The notes beneath the pieces are model-generated. The model was given only the letters and a program-made list of their open reading frames with translations, had not been told where the DNA came from and made no database searches. Source: a virus. From it: a stretch of 35,157 nucleotides of DNA. Position 1 is the first letter of the stretch, and each line of letters starts with the position of its first letter. Location of the stretch: IMG/VR virus record IMGVR_UViG_3300045125_000156; one strand, given 5' to 3'. Shown here in pieces: positions 12,105-23,648 of this stretch. Made by a program: the position numbers and the translations under genes.

Positions 12105-15100
12105 GTGGCCGTACGCCCTGACCCAACGCTGAATTTCATCCAGCGCCCTATCTGACTTTTGGGTCGTGTTTTTTAAAGACACGACGCAGATTCGTGCGTA
12201 CTTTTCTGGGGTCGAAATAAACGTCGGGCAACTCTACTTGGAGTTACTGGAGACTGTTCTCGGGCCGAGCCTCCGCCACGCTCCAGTATTTTCCAAAAAA
12301 TACTTCCAAGCTATTTACGGTGAGCGAGGACGCCACCTTCTACATAGAAGGTGCCGCGCCAGAAGACGACCGCTATCTGTTTGAGCCCGCCGACGCGGAC
12401 TTGCAGGCGGTTGGGGCGTTGATGAACCGCGTCGTTCTCCCGACGGCGGTTCTCGAACCGGCGGGACTATGAGATCGGCCAGACGGGAATTGAATTTTAC
12501 AACAACCCGTTCGACGTTGACGGGCAAGGAAATTCTCAACCGGCCTTTGCCCTCAGGTCTGTCGCCAAGAGTTTCGCTGCGGATTTCCGCGACCCCACCA
12601 AGGCGCAGCTTTGCGGCGGCCGGGGTGAAGATCGGCGATTTCTTTCGCCTGAAAGTAGGCGCCGGCAGCCCAGCTTTCTCCCGAATTACAGGGTATGCCG
12701 ACGACAGCCTGTACCTTCAGAGTTCATCGCCGGACTTTTCTCAAAATCTAAAATCTCGCGCCTTCAAAGTGTCAGTGCTCCGGGTGCCGTTTGATGCACG
12801 CCAGAACGGCGTGCAGCTGCCAGACCACCCCTCGGAAGCGCAGCGCCTGAGTAACTTTTCCACCAGACCTGGCGACGGTTCCGGGCACCAACAACGTAGA
12901 TCCTCAGTGCCGAGATCTATTTCAAGGGGCGTGGGCGCCATTCAATATTTACGCCGTCGGGGTGATTGTGATCGCCCCCGGGCCTACGTTGGTAAGGGCA
13001 ATCGTCACGCATACGTCGGGGGCCGTTTACTCTTCAGCCCCATGGGAACCGTTTTTGAACAAGTACCTGTCGGTTCATTTGCCGACGAGCCCCGATCAGG
13101 ATGGGCTTTTCAGGGTCGTTTCAACGGCGGGCGCAGTTATCACGCTTGATCGACCCACGCCGTTTGTCTCGACGCTGTCTAACCGCGCTCAAGCGTGGCT
13201 GGTCGGCTATCCGAATGGGCTACTGGGTCCTGGAGAAAAGCCGACAATCCAGTTTCAACACCAGTATATCGACCCGGCCACTTTTACGTTGTTCGCGAAA
13301 CGCGGGCAACCGGTCTACGTGCGCCAAGGAGGCGTGTACGTAGAAAAGCCCGAAAGGCGGGCTCGTCGAAGAAGGGTGTCGATTGCTTGATGGATTACGA
13401 CGCCGGCGTGATGACCGTGCTGAGCGGCTGGAACCCGGGCGTGGCGCCGCTATGCAGGTTATGAGTGGCGGATTGATGTCGTCACCTACGCCTATGCCCC
13501 AGCAACCGCGTGGGTCGCCGCGACCGCCTACGTTGTCGGAGATCAAGTTACGTCCCAACGGCAACAACTATGTCTGCCGTCACCGCAAACGCCGACGCCG
13601 TTTTCACGCCGGGAAATTGGACGCTGTACACCGCGCCTTTTACGTTCAGCCAGATTACGACGTAAAGAAATCGCCATGTGGGGCTCGGAGGTTCTGATCG
13701 ACCTTCAAACCCTGTACACAAACTTTGGGTATCTGCTCGGCTACGAGCGGCCGTCAAGCGAGCAGTACCGCGCCTTCCTGCAGGGCGTAGCCCAGCTCTT
13801 TGTGATTGGCCCCGCGCTTGCCCGGTTTGAGAGCGCTCTCAACGTGACCTGCAATCTTCCAGTTGTCCGCGATGACGGAGAAGTTTTACAGAACTACAGC
13901 GCCGGTATCTGGGCTTCGGGCAACGACGGGCAGATTCTCGACGCTACAGAGGGCCGGAACGGTACGCTCGTCACGAGTTCGTCTCAGTTTTCGTCACCTA
14001 CTGCAAACTTTTTCCCTTCAGACGCCGGGGCTGTCATTCGCGTCAAATTAGGAAACAGCTTCGCAAGCTACACCATCACGGCCGTGCTAAGCGCGACAGC
14101 TGCAACCGTGACCCCGGTACCGCCGGATTCCAGTTCGGTGATTTGGGGTTATTCGCACGTGGCATTTGATCGCGTATTTCGATCAACGTCGTACGCGTTC
14201 AGCGCAGACGATCTTGATGCAATCCTCGAGATATCAGGCGCTACAAATGCCGCCAATAACGGACGATTCCGCATCGCCTCCGTAGAAAACGCTACAACCG
14301 TCATCTTGGATTCGCAATTCAACCTACAAGATGAAACCTCCCTGGACTGGCGCCTTTCTCGCTCGGGCGTGCAGACGGTAACGACGTCGAGAACGACGTA
14401 CGAGCTCCCGTTTCAAGTAAAGATCAAACCGGCAATAGCGCAGTCGTCTAATTGGAATGTTTTGAAGTTTCAGGCATTCGACCCCCCTTACAGACGCTTT
14501 TGTCGTTGCGGATTACGTGCAAGACCCAACGTGGTGGCACGACACCGAGATCCCGAAAGAGCTCTTGTCGTTTAGCTCAGGCTCCGAAGCGCGGCGCCGA
14601 GTGTCGTCGCTTCTGGTGGAGCATCGCGTAAACCCATTTGATAACGCCGCTGTTGGCGACATCGGTCTGGCTGCCGGCGTAGACGACGAAGGGCGCCCGG
14701 GAATTTCCCGCGTTGGCTCGGCGGTATGGCTTGGCGCCGACCAGGTCGCCTTGAGCTTTCCAGCGGGAGTGCCCGTAGCCAACGCGCAAGACCCTGGGCG
14801 CTACGCGCTCGTGAGCAGCCCGTTGTTTGAGGCGCAGTTTGAGATCCGTGCGGTTGATACCGCCGGAACAACCTTGAGCCTCAACGCTTTTCCTCCCCCG
14901 GAGCTACGCGGTGTAGTGCCGCCGCAGCCTTTAACTGTTGAGTTACCGCCGCTCCTTTATCGCCGAACAATCGGCTTCGTTATGATGGACCGCTACTTTA
15001 AGTATCATGCGTTGTCCGTAAAAATTGATTCGAATACGCCATTGACCCCAGACTTCTTCACGGAAGCGGTCGGTATTCTTCAACAAACCAAGCCCGGGTT

Positions 15101-15662
15101 CACGTACGTATATTTGAACACGCCCCTGGCTTCCGCGACGAAATGCTCGGGGTCGACCAGGGGTTACGTTGGGGTCGGCCTCGGTTTGAATGAGCCGGTT
15201 ATCGCCGCTGACAACAACATTGTTGTAGGGCCCCCGGGGCTGGTCCTGGCGAACGACACCTTCTATTTCTTGCAGCAGACCCAAGCTCTCGGCGCCGCCC
15301 CGGGCGTCTACACGCTAACTCCTGTGCTCCCCGTCGGAGGGGCGCCGCGTTTTCACGTCGTGAAAGGGTGGTTCGATCTTGCGGTGACTGTAGGTGGGCG
15401 GCGTCTGCCGAAAATCAGGACTACGTCCTCGACCGCCTCAACGGCACAGTCACCCTGACCACCACCTTACCCGGGCCCACTACGTTCACTTACGTCGCCG
15501 TGATACTTCGGACGCGCGCGCCCGGAGACGGACTGGTCGATGAGCCGGGCGAGACAGCAATCTGCACAAACGGCAGCAACCCCACGACATGGTGGGGCGC
15601 AGGGCAAACATATTCTGACGCCAGGCTTGATCGATAGAGCGGTGCAACTTACCATTGCGTAA
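12105..15662 (+). CDS. Large baseplate wedge subunit; many frameshifts
   Basis: GTG start then SDFWVVFFKD; LYTNFGYLLGYERPSSEQYRAFLQG...GPALARFESALN; DPTWWHD; LQQTKPGFTY (the KPAxT-like wedge motif); TAA at 15660-15662. Confidence 0.6.
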
Positions 15663-15667
15663 TCGCG

Positions 15668-16162
15668 ATGAAATCCAACCTCCTGTTCGGCGGTAACGTT
15701 CGCCTTCGTGGCGACCTGACCGTTGAAATCTGCCACACGCCCACAGGTCAAATTACACGGCAGCACGTACGGAATACGATCACGTACGACGGGCTGAACT
15801 CATCGCTCTACTTGTGGGCGCAAGACGGGATTACGCCGGCTGACTACCAGATCGCAACGCTGGTGCCCGGCACAAACAGCCAACCCCCGACGCGCGGGGA
15901 TACGGGCGTGATCGCTCCGATCGTGATTGGAGACTGGATCACCCTGACAGCAGGAAACCGACTGGTCTCCCCGGCCACGGGCGAACTGATCATTACGGCC
16001 ACGTTGGGCAACGCGCAGGGCAACGTCGCTCCGAGCTCGCTCACCGAAGTAGGACTGCTGCTCGGTAACGGAAACTTGTTTGCGCGCCAAGTTCATCTGG
16101 CGTTCGCGAAGACCAACGCCTTCACGCTGACGTATACGTGGCGCATCGCCGTCACCGCCTGA
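15668..16162 (+). CDS. Baseplate/tail-fibre attachment (tail-collar-like) protein
   Basis: Intact 164-aa ORF with RNTITYDG, GTNSQPPTRGDT, LTEVGLL..GNLFAR and KT..FTLTYTWRI motifs typical of this class. Confidence 0.7.
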   Translation: MKSNLLFGGNVRLRGDLTVEICHTPTGQITRQHVRNTITYDGLNSSLYLWAQDGITPADYQIATLVPGTNSQPPTRGDTGVIAPIVIGDWITLTAGNRLVSPATGELIITATLGNAQGNVAPSSLTEVGLLLGNGNLFARQVHLAFAKTNAFTLTYTWRIAVTA

Positions 16163-16171
16163 GGAACCGCC

Positions 16172-18985
16172 ATGCCCAAGATCTACGACGAGCAAACCGA
16201 CTATACCGCCGCTGGAGACAACAACCAGAACACGGCGGCTTCCATCCAGCCGATCGCGGGTGCCGAAAATCTGTGGCCGGCGGTCCTGAACCGTACCGCC
16301 GAGAATCTACGAAAGCGCACGGAGGTCCTACGGCAAGTAACCGACGCTCTCCGTTATTTCGCAGACTACGACCGCGTGCTTCTTTGTCGCGCCGAGAACA
16401 CGACTTTCACGTTTACGAATCAGCCCGATGGGTACGTGCTGGCAATGACCGGCGGCCCGCTATGGGTCTACCCGCGCTAACGCCGGGGCGCCTCAGCGGC
16501 GGTCGGACGCGCGGCGCGCGGATGTTCGTGCAGAACGGCCTCAACTGGCTGCCCTACGCCGGTACTCTGGGCACCAATGACCTCTCCTTCGTGGCCACGG
16601 CGCGGTTTACCGGGATGCGCGGCTACGAGGACTGTGAAGACTTCGACACCGTAGGCAGCGGCTTCTCGCTAGGCGGGAATCGTTTGCAGATCACGCTAGT
16701 GGCAAACCCGGCTGTGGCTGGCGGCGTCATCAGCGCCACCGTTACGGGTTCGCCCGAGACGCTGATCACGATCACCTATGGCACCTTAACGCCGACGTAC
16801 ATCAGCCAAATCATCGCGTACATCGCTTCGGACACGACCTCGCAAGGCGCTTATGGATTGGCGCATATGATCCGGGGCGTTACGACCCTGGCGGCAGGGC
16901 CGGCGTCTACGACCGTTCCGCCCGCGATCACGAACGCGATATTTCAAGGGGGCTACGACGCCGAGGCTCACCAGATTACAGCCGCTCAGCTCACAACGTT
17001 TTTCAACGCTCTAGATTCCGGCGTCTACCGCAATCGAATGCAAGAGGGCGAAGCCTCGCCATCAGCTTTGTCGCGGGACCAGTAGAGCGCGGAACGGGCC
17101 TCATGCAGGGTGGCCGGCGTCAGTCGCTGTTTGACCTACCGACGGGTCGCACCGGCACGACGATGGACAACACCCCGAGCCTCAACATCTTCAACACCGG
17201 GCGCGAGCCTGAAAAATCCCGGGGTCCGTCCCTATCGGGAAGATGATTGACGGCAAGTTTGTCTTCATCGACGGCACGGTCGTAGGCCCAGCGGCGATTT
17301 CACTCGGTGAAAGCGCTATCACGCTTGGACGGCTAGCGGCGACTTCCGCGCCGAGCGGCGCCTCGCTCGTGGGATATGCCGGGTCCGGGCCGTTTCACGC
17401 GGACGCAACCGCCGCGCCTGGGCCTCTTGGCGCGACATCCTCGCTTGCAGCTGGGGCGCTTGAAACAGTGCTGGACGCTTTTGTGGCCGCCCTTGCGGAT
17501 GCCACAATTAACCAAAGCGGCGCACGCCGAATTGGCGGCGAATCTCTCGCGGCCACGGTTAGTACCGGCAACAACGCAAACCAGCTACCGCTATCTGCGG
17601 GCTCTTTGCGCCAGCAGCTCAATCAAGCGCTGAACGGCACATACGCCGGAAGGCCTGTAGGCGTTAACGGCCGAGTAAACGAGTGGGGCCACACGCTTCA
17701 CAATTTCGACCCCCTTATCAAAAATCTGGCGGAGACAACGCCAGAAGATCTTTCTGGCGGCGGGGCACGATTTATTCACGGCCACTCAAATGCCGGGCCG
17801 CAAGGAACACCTGGCATAACCTCCCCCGCCACGCTGCTTACCCGGCCACGAGTTCTCTCGGATGTATTCGTCGAGAAGCTTAGTTGGAGCTCTGTTGGTA
17901 CGGGCTCGATAAACGACAACTGGATTTACGACACCCCTTTGATCAAGCGCTCGCCCCCGACCCTACGGACATGTTGTTTTTAACGGGCACAACCGTTGCC
18001 CAAATGACTGCAGTCCGCGCTCGGCTCAAGACTGGGCTAAGAAACAGTTTTCATGGCGTTGGAAACGAGAGTTACCTGTTGCTCGTTTACGTCGATGGCG
18101 GTAGCGCCACAGGCTGGTACTACCTGTACGACATCGATACGGCGCAACAAGCGTTGCAGCTTGTCAATTTGGATGGCAGCCAAGCCAACGTTTACTCAGG
18201 TGGAGTAACGGGCGTTGTGAATATCTACGCCGGCGTGATGATCGGCGATGAAAAGGCGGGGCAGAAACTGCGCGCCTTCCATTTACGCAAAACGGCGTGC
18301 CTCTAATTGATATTGGGGCCTGGGGGCCGAGCCGGATCATTATGCGTTTTTGGGACCCTAATGAGTGGGGCCCTACGGTGGAGTTTGCCGGCAGCGGCGG
18401 GCGCACTTTTCTACTCCGATCGCGCTGTTTGGACGCCGGGCGGCGCGACGCCACGCGCCACTGATAACATTCTAGGGACGAGTGATAAACAGCTGCTTGA
18501 CGGCAACGAAACTGGCGCAGTCGTAGACGCCACAGCGAGCCACCACCACGGGGCCTATTACGCCAGCTTCACACCCACCGTCCCGCCGATAACCAACACT
18601 AACAGCTGGTCGAGCATTTCGATCGCTGCTGGGCCGCCTCCTGGCACGCTCTTTTCCGTAGCGGCTCCGGTGGGTTTTCTGGCCGTTGGCGTAGTGATTT
18701 ATTATGAGATTGAAGTAATTCCGCTGGGGGCTGGCGCAGTGGGCAGCTCTCTTGTCGTGTTCGATATAAACTCGAACGTCCTGATGACGTTTGAGTACAT
18801 TTATACGGCCACTGGCGCAGGCGACACCCGTAGGAGCTTCGGCCACCTATTTGTCCCGCTACAAGAGAGCACCCCGGGTCTGGCGGCGAATTTTACGTTC
18901 AGCGAAATCCGCTGGGAACTAACGTAGACACGGGGGAAGCACGTGGCTGTTCAAGTACATCGCGATGGCGCTCGTGCCTGTCTGA
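16172..18985 (+). CDS. Putative tail fibre / receptor-binding protein; frameshifted
   Basis: GAGGA RBS; N-terminal LNRTAENLRKRTEVLR fibre-anchor-like motif; SGASLVGY motif; Gly/Ala/Thr-rich body and beta-rich C-terminus ending at 18985. Confidence 0.6.
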
Positions 18986-18988
18986 TTT

Positions 18989-19560
18989 TCAAATATTCTC
19001 CTTCACCTCCCGTCGGGAACGGCGCTTAGGCTTTCCGCCTTCGAGCGCCGCCACCACCTCAATCTCACAGCGCCGCCGTAAGAGCTCCTTGTGGTCAATC
19101 GCCCCAGGCGAGACCGCGCGAGCATCAGGGCGTCAGCTGAATCGTCGTCATCACCAAGGTCGAGCTTGAACACCTGCTTCACGGCGTGAAGAACTTCCGC
19201 CTTGGAGGCTAGACCGTTGCCGGTTGCAAACCTCTTGAGACGTGTCGGCTCGACGACGCGAAGATCTACCCCCGCCGACTCCGGACACGGCCACTTTGAG
19301 CGCGCCTGAGGCTTCGCCCAGGTCGAACTCGCGGTGCGTGCTGCCGAGACTTGGCCCTTCAATGCACCCGCCAACTCACGACGCCCGTGGGGAATCGCGT
19401 ATGCGCGCTTGCCCATGAAAATAGCGTAGCCAGCCGCTCCCGGCCCCACGCAGCTTTCGACTTACACTAAGAGCGTTGAGAAACTCGACCTCAAGCCCGT
19501 TTTTCAAAATTGCCAGGCCTGGGCGATTAGAGACGGGTCCACCCCGACGTAGACACTCAT
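18989..19560 (-). CDS. ruvC: RuvC-like Holliday junction resolvase; frameshifted
   Basis: Starts MSVYVGVDPSL; continues VVEPTRLKRFATGNGLASKAEV and DDDSADALMLA; ends ...REVKENI* at 18989. Confidence 0.85.
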
Positions 19561-20492
19561 GCCCAGCATCATCATCCGAATCCGACAAAAAGGCTATATC
19601 CGGTCGGCCGGATATCAAGCCGTGAACTGGGCGGTGACGGTTCCCGTCTCAGACCCGCCGGGGTCTCCGCTCCTGAGGCACGCAGCCCCTGAGCTATGCG
19701 CCCATCTTCGTCGTGCGGAATTCGGGCGGTCCCGACGCGCTAGCCCGGATTGCCACGCTTAAAGATCTGGTGGCCATCCCTCAGGCGGAGCTCAAGTACT
19801 TCGACATTCTTGGTCCCGGTGGAAACCAAGTACTGGGGACGGCCCAAGCGGGCGATGTGCTGACCTTCCCCGAGACCTCTGGGCGCCTTTCCTACTGGCT
19901 TGAGGACACAGCGCCTTGCAACTCAAACCAGTTCACGGTGGCGCAGCGGCTTAACAAGGCTTCTGGGACGGGGCCTCAGATTCTTTCAAATAGCCGCCTT
20001 CAGCTGCCGGGATACACCTTTACGGATGGCGACCTAAACCGTTGGGTCCGATTGGCGGGCCTGCTGACGCCGGCTTACAACACCTTCGTTCAAATCCTGG
20101 CTATCTCCGGAAATACCGCAACCATAAACATTCCCACCCCAGTAAATGAGACCGCCGGGTCGTGGGAAATGCCGCTCCCTTGAGATTGTGACAAACGCCG
20201 GCGCCGGGCTGGAGCCCCGATTTTTCCGACGCGAGAAACAAACCTTCAGTGGTCACTTACGCGCGGCGCAGTTCTAATCGGCTCAGGCGCCTACGAGGGC
20301 GTCACGACACGATGGGCAGGCGCGCCGAGCCCGCTCGCCCGGTCGATTCGCTATACGGATTTGGCGCCGAGCAGTGACGCTGCCGAAGCTTTTTTCATCA
20401 GTGTCCGCAACGGCGTCGCCGTATTGCAGTCCACTGCAACAAAGAACGACACGGACTTCACGCCGCTTCTCACCAGCACGTACGGGCCGTAA
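19559..20492 (+). CDS. Hypothetical protein, probably virion; frameshifted
   Basis: MPSIIIRIRQKGY... joins ORF 19713..20183 and ends at TAA 20490-20492, just before the next ATG. Confidence 0.5.
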
Positions 20493-20493
20493 C

Positions 20494-20886
20494 ATGAGCT
20501 GGATACAGGTAACAAGCTCTCAAGCTGTAGTTCCCGGCGCCACTGCAAGTCAGACGCGGTACCGTGTAGTGGTTCAGGTTGATCTGGCGCAGGGCATCGA
20601 ACGTGAGTTATTCGTGTACCGGCTAACCGATCAAGAATACAGTCACGTCGCGCGCTACGCCGATCTGAATCTGTATCCCCCAAGCGCGGCCGAGGCGCAG
20701 GCTCAGGAAACACTATTTTATCGGCAAGCGACCGCCGAGCTGCTGTTTTCCACCGAGGCCGCCGCGTCCAGCGCGCTACGAAGCATCTTGGCAACGCTCA
20801 GCAACACCAACAAAACCTGGGGGACGGCGGTTGCCGCCCCGTTCGGCGGCGTGCAGACCGTTGTTTATGACAGCGAGGACGCATGA
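20494..20886 (+). CDS. Hypothetical protein, probably virion
   Basis: MSWIQVTSSQ...ERELFVYRL..QEYSHVARYADL; intact frame with ATGA coupling to the next gene. Confidence 0.65.
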   Translation: MSWIQVTSSQAVVPGATASQTRYRVVVQVDLAQGIERELFVYRLTDQEYSHVARYADLNLYPPSAAEAQAQETLFYRQATAELLFSTEAAASSALRSILATLSNTNKTWGTAVAAPFGGVQTVVYDSEDA

Positions 20887-21943
20887 GTGTCATCCCCGTA
20901 GTGCGGCAAATCCGCCGCGATTTTCGATTGTCGGACAATTCTGTTCGATTCGAAGTCTCGAACGAGGTCATCGACCAGGGGACCTCCCGTTCCCGCACGT
21001 CTTCGTAATGACCATCGTTGATCCGGCGACGGCAAAAGAAGATGTACTGGCGCGCATCCGCAACGCCTGTAGACATTCGGCAAGCCGATCCTACAGCGCC
21101 CTTGTATGTGAAGGTCGCGTCAACAGATATCACTGAGATCAGTGGCGACACCTTCGCTCCAGATCGCCAACACAAACGATCTGACACAGCTCCCCCGTGA
21201 CCGGGTTACGGCCGTAGTGCAGGGCTCGTCGACTTATTTGTCGACGGCCGTGAGCCTTGATCTACGACAACTATGCAACTGCTGACGCAGCCGCAAAACA
21301 AGTTATATCCAGGCTCTCGGACCTGGTAACGGCCTGGCGAACCTTCTCAACGGCGTTCGCCACAAACCCCTACCAGGACTATAATCTCCCCCAGGCGGCC
21401 GCCAGTGTCGAAGCAGAGCGCACGGCCGTTTACGTAGAAAAACGCACAGCGCGAGAGGCGGCCGAAACGGCTTACGATGAAGCCGTGGCCGCCAAAGAAG
21501 CGCTGTGAGCGCGACTGCGCCGCCGACAAAGTCATTTACGACTTTCTGGTTGCGGACGTTACGTTCCTTGAGCAGGCCAAAGCCGTGGTGCAAGCTCAGG
21601 CCTAACGACGTGGTACCCCGCCGGGACCTTCACGGTCGCTCCGGCGATTACGCAGCCGGCGGGGCCGTTTACGGTGACGCTGCCTACGTCGCGCACGAGA
21701 GACTACGTACTAAAAACCGGGGCTTTTGCCGCTGACCTGACGTCTTACGAAAACCTGCTCGTAAAAAACGTCAAGACCAGGCCGTCTATGCGGAGCGAGT
21801 TCGAACCTGCACTGCAACGTGTGCGCAGTTGGGCGCCGCAGTGTTGACCGCGCAACAAACGCTCGACGCGGCTCAGGCCGCCGAGCGCGCGGCGCTGCGA
21901 ACGTAGTGGCGGTCTGTCCTACTTTGATCCAAACACGGTGTGA
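20883..21943 (+). CDS. Hypothetical protein with coiled-coil C-terminus; frameshifted
   Basis: MSVIPVVRQIRRDFRL...; ORF 21257..21508 is Ala/Glu-rich and helical; stop at 21941-21943. Confidence 0.5.
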
Positions 21944-21945
21944 AC

Positions 21946-22961
21946 ATGATCGACTTCTACAACGACCCAGGCCACGCGACGCTCCGCCACCTTCTACAGC
22001 GCTCTCCGGGAGCAGCTGAGATGCTCAAGACCGCCGAGCTCGAAGACTTCAACCGTGACCTGCCGGACTCGGCTTTCGCCTGGCAGTCAAAGCGCCTGTA
22101 CCCGGTGCATACGCCTGAGCACGCCGCTGTTTCGTACCTCTACGCCAAGCACGCCTCCGCCCGCACTCCGCGCGAGGTTCTCACCTTCATCAAGGAGGCT
22201 CTCGACATCTACGGCGTCGAGGAAGAAGCCTTGGCTGAAGTGCAGATCAAGGAGGCTGCGCTTGACGAAGATGAGTGCATTTTCCCGCAGTCCCGTACGT
22301 ACCCCGTGCGCGACGCCGGAGAGGTCAAAACCGCCGAAGAGAAACTGCTCGCGCAGGCCGCCAAACTTCGACCCGAAACGCGGGCTGACGCTTTCACCCG
22401 GCTCACCAAAGCCGCCAGCTTTCACGGCGTGAACCTTCGCGAAGACTCGTACAAGTACGCCGGCCTGACGTACACCGATCGTCCGCGCCTTGTAGATTCG
22501 CTACGCGCCCGTGCCGCTGCGACAAAGGAAGCCGAGCTCAGCGCAAAGTACGCGGCCCTGGCGACGAGCGTTGCTCACGACCGCGCCAGCCTGCGAAGCC
22601 GCGCCGCCCGTGTGAAGCTGGCAGAAGCCATCGGAACGCTCGACGAGCGCGCCGGGCTTCTCAAGTACTACGACCGGGACCTTGAAGACCCGATCCGCAC
22701 GGTGTTCAACACCACGAAGGTAGCCGCCGCTGACGACATCGATCTCGGCGGGGGTACGGTGGTGTCGGCGTCGTCGCTCGCGGCGCTGCCGCCGACCTTT
22801 TCAGTGACCTCTTTGGCCCGGACATCGTGAAGGAGATCGCGCCCGCAGGTCAGGTCGATCCCGCCGCGCTGCAACAGGTCGTCGTGACCTTCCCCGCTGA
22901 CATGAAGCAGCAACTCGCCCAGGCGCTCAAGAGCTCGGGCGTGCCGATGGCCCGGATGTGA
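21946..22961 (+). CDS. Putative head/morphogenesis protein with internal repeat; one frameshift
   Basis: LPDSAFAWQSKRLYPVHT and a second related copy LDEDECIFPQSRTYPVRD; strongly GC3-biased codons; lies upstream of the terminase. Confidence 0.55.
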
Positions 22962-22965
22962 TTTT

Positions 22966-23648
22966 ATGTCGGCGATTGCCGTACTCAAAGACCCACAAGT
23001 TCTCCCGTCCGTAGCCTGGGCTGCGACCAAAAAGCTGTTCGGGCCTTCGGTCGCCGCGTGGGAGTTTGAGACCATTCGTCTTGAACTCCAGCGACGGGGC
23101 GTGGAGGTTGATGAAAGTCTGGCCGCCAAGATCTTCGGGGCCATGACCATCGAGATCTCCAACGACTGGACCTTCGACCATGACGTGCTCTTTGCCTTCG
23201 CGCTTTCCTGCTGCGGCGTGCCGAGCAACGGTGACGGCGTCCACCACCCCACGCCGGAACAGCTCTGTTGGGCAATCCACGACCTCCACGCCATCACGGG
23301 TAAGCCCATTACGGACGACGAAGGGTTTGACCCGGACGCCATCGACCCTGCGATTGGCGTATTGCTGCACGATGATGGCTACGTCGTAACGCCCGATGAG
23401 CTCTCCTTCGCGCAGGACGCGCTCGACAAGATCAATCGCTACGGAGCCCTGAACGACATCAAAAAGAAGTGCAGGACGCCTGGAAGGTTGTGTCGACGCT
23501 GCCCGTGGACAGCCTCAAAAAGCACTTGAGCGAACTTGATGACGAGCCTGCCGAGATCCAGATTCGACGCCTGGGCGACTGCCGGTTATATGTAGCAGAG
23601 CGCCAACTACGTCGAGCCAAACAGCATGCCCTCCTTAACGAGCAATGA
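22966..23648 (+). CDS. Hypothetical protein directly upstream of the terminase; frameshifted
   Basis: ORF 22966..23529 continues in a shifted frame to ...KQHALLNEQ*, overlapping the terminase start. Confidence 0.6.

Noticed and set aside
818-18985. Extracellular contractile injection system or tailocin rather than a phage
   Set aside because: Terminase, resolvase, primase and DNA polymerase are contiguous with the baseplate genes.
16172-18985. Diversity-generating retroelement targeting the tail fibre
   Set aside because: No reverse transcriptase and no template/variable repeat pair seen in the window.
1-23648. Stop-codon reassignment explaining the short ORFs
   Set aside because: At the breaks examined (e.g. 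near 3060, 8100 and 22800) the protein continues in another frame, and TAA, TAG and TGA all serve as real coupled stops.
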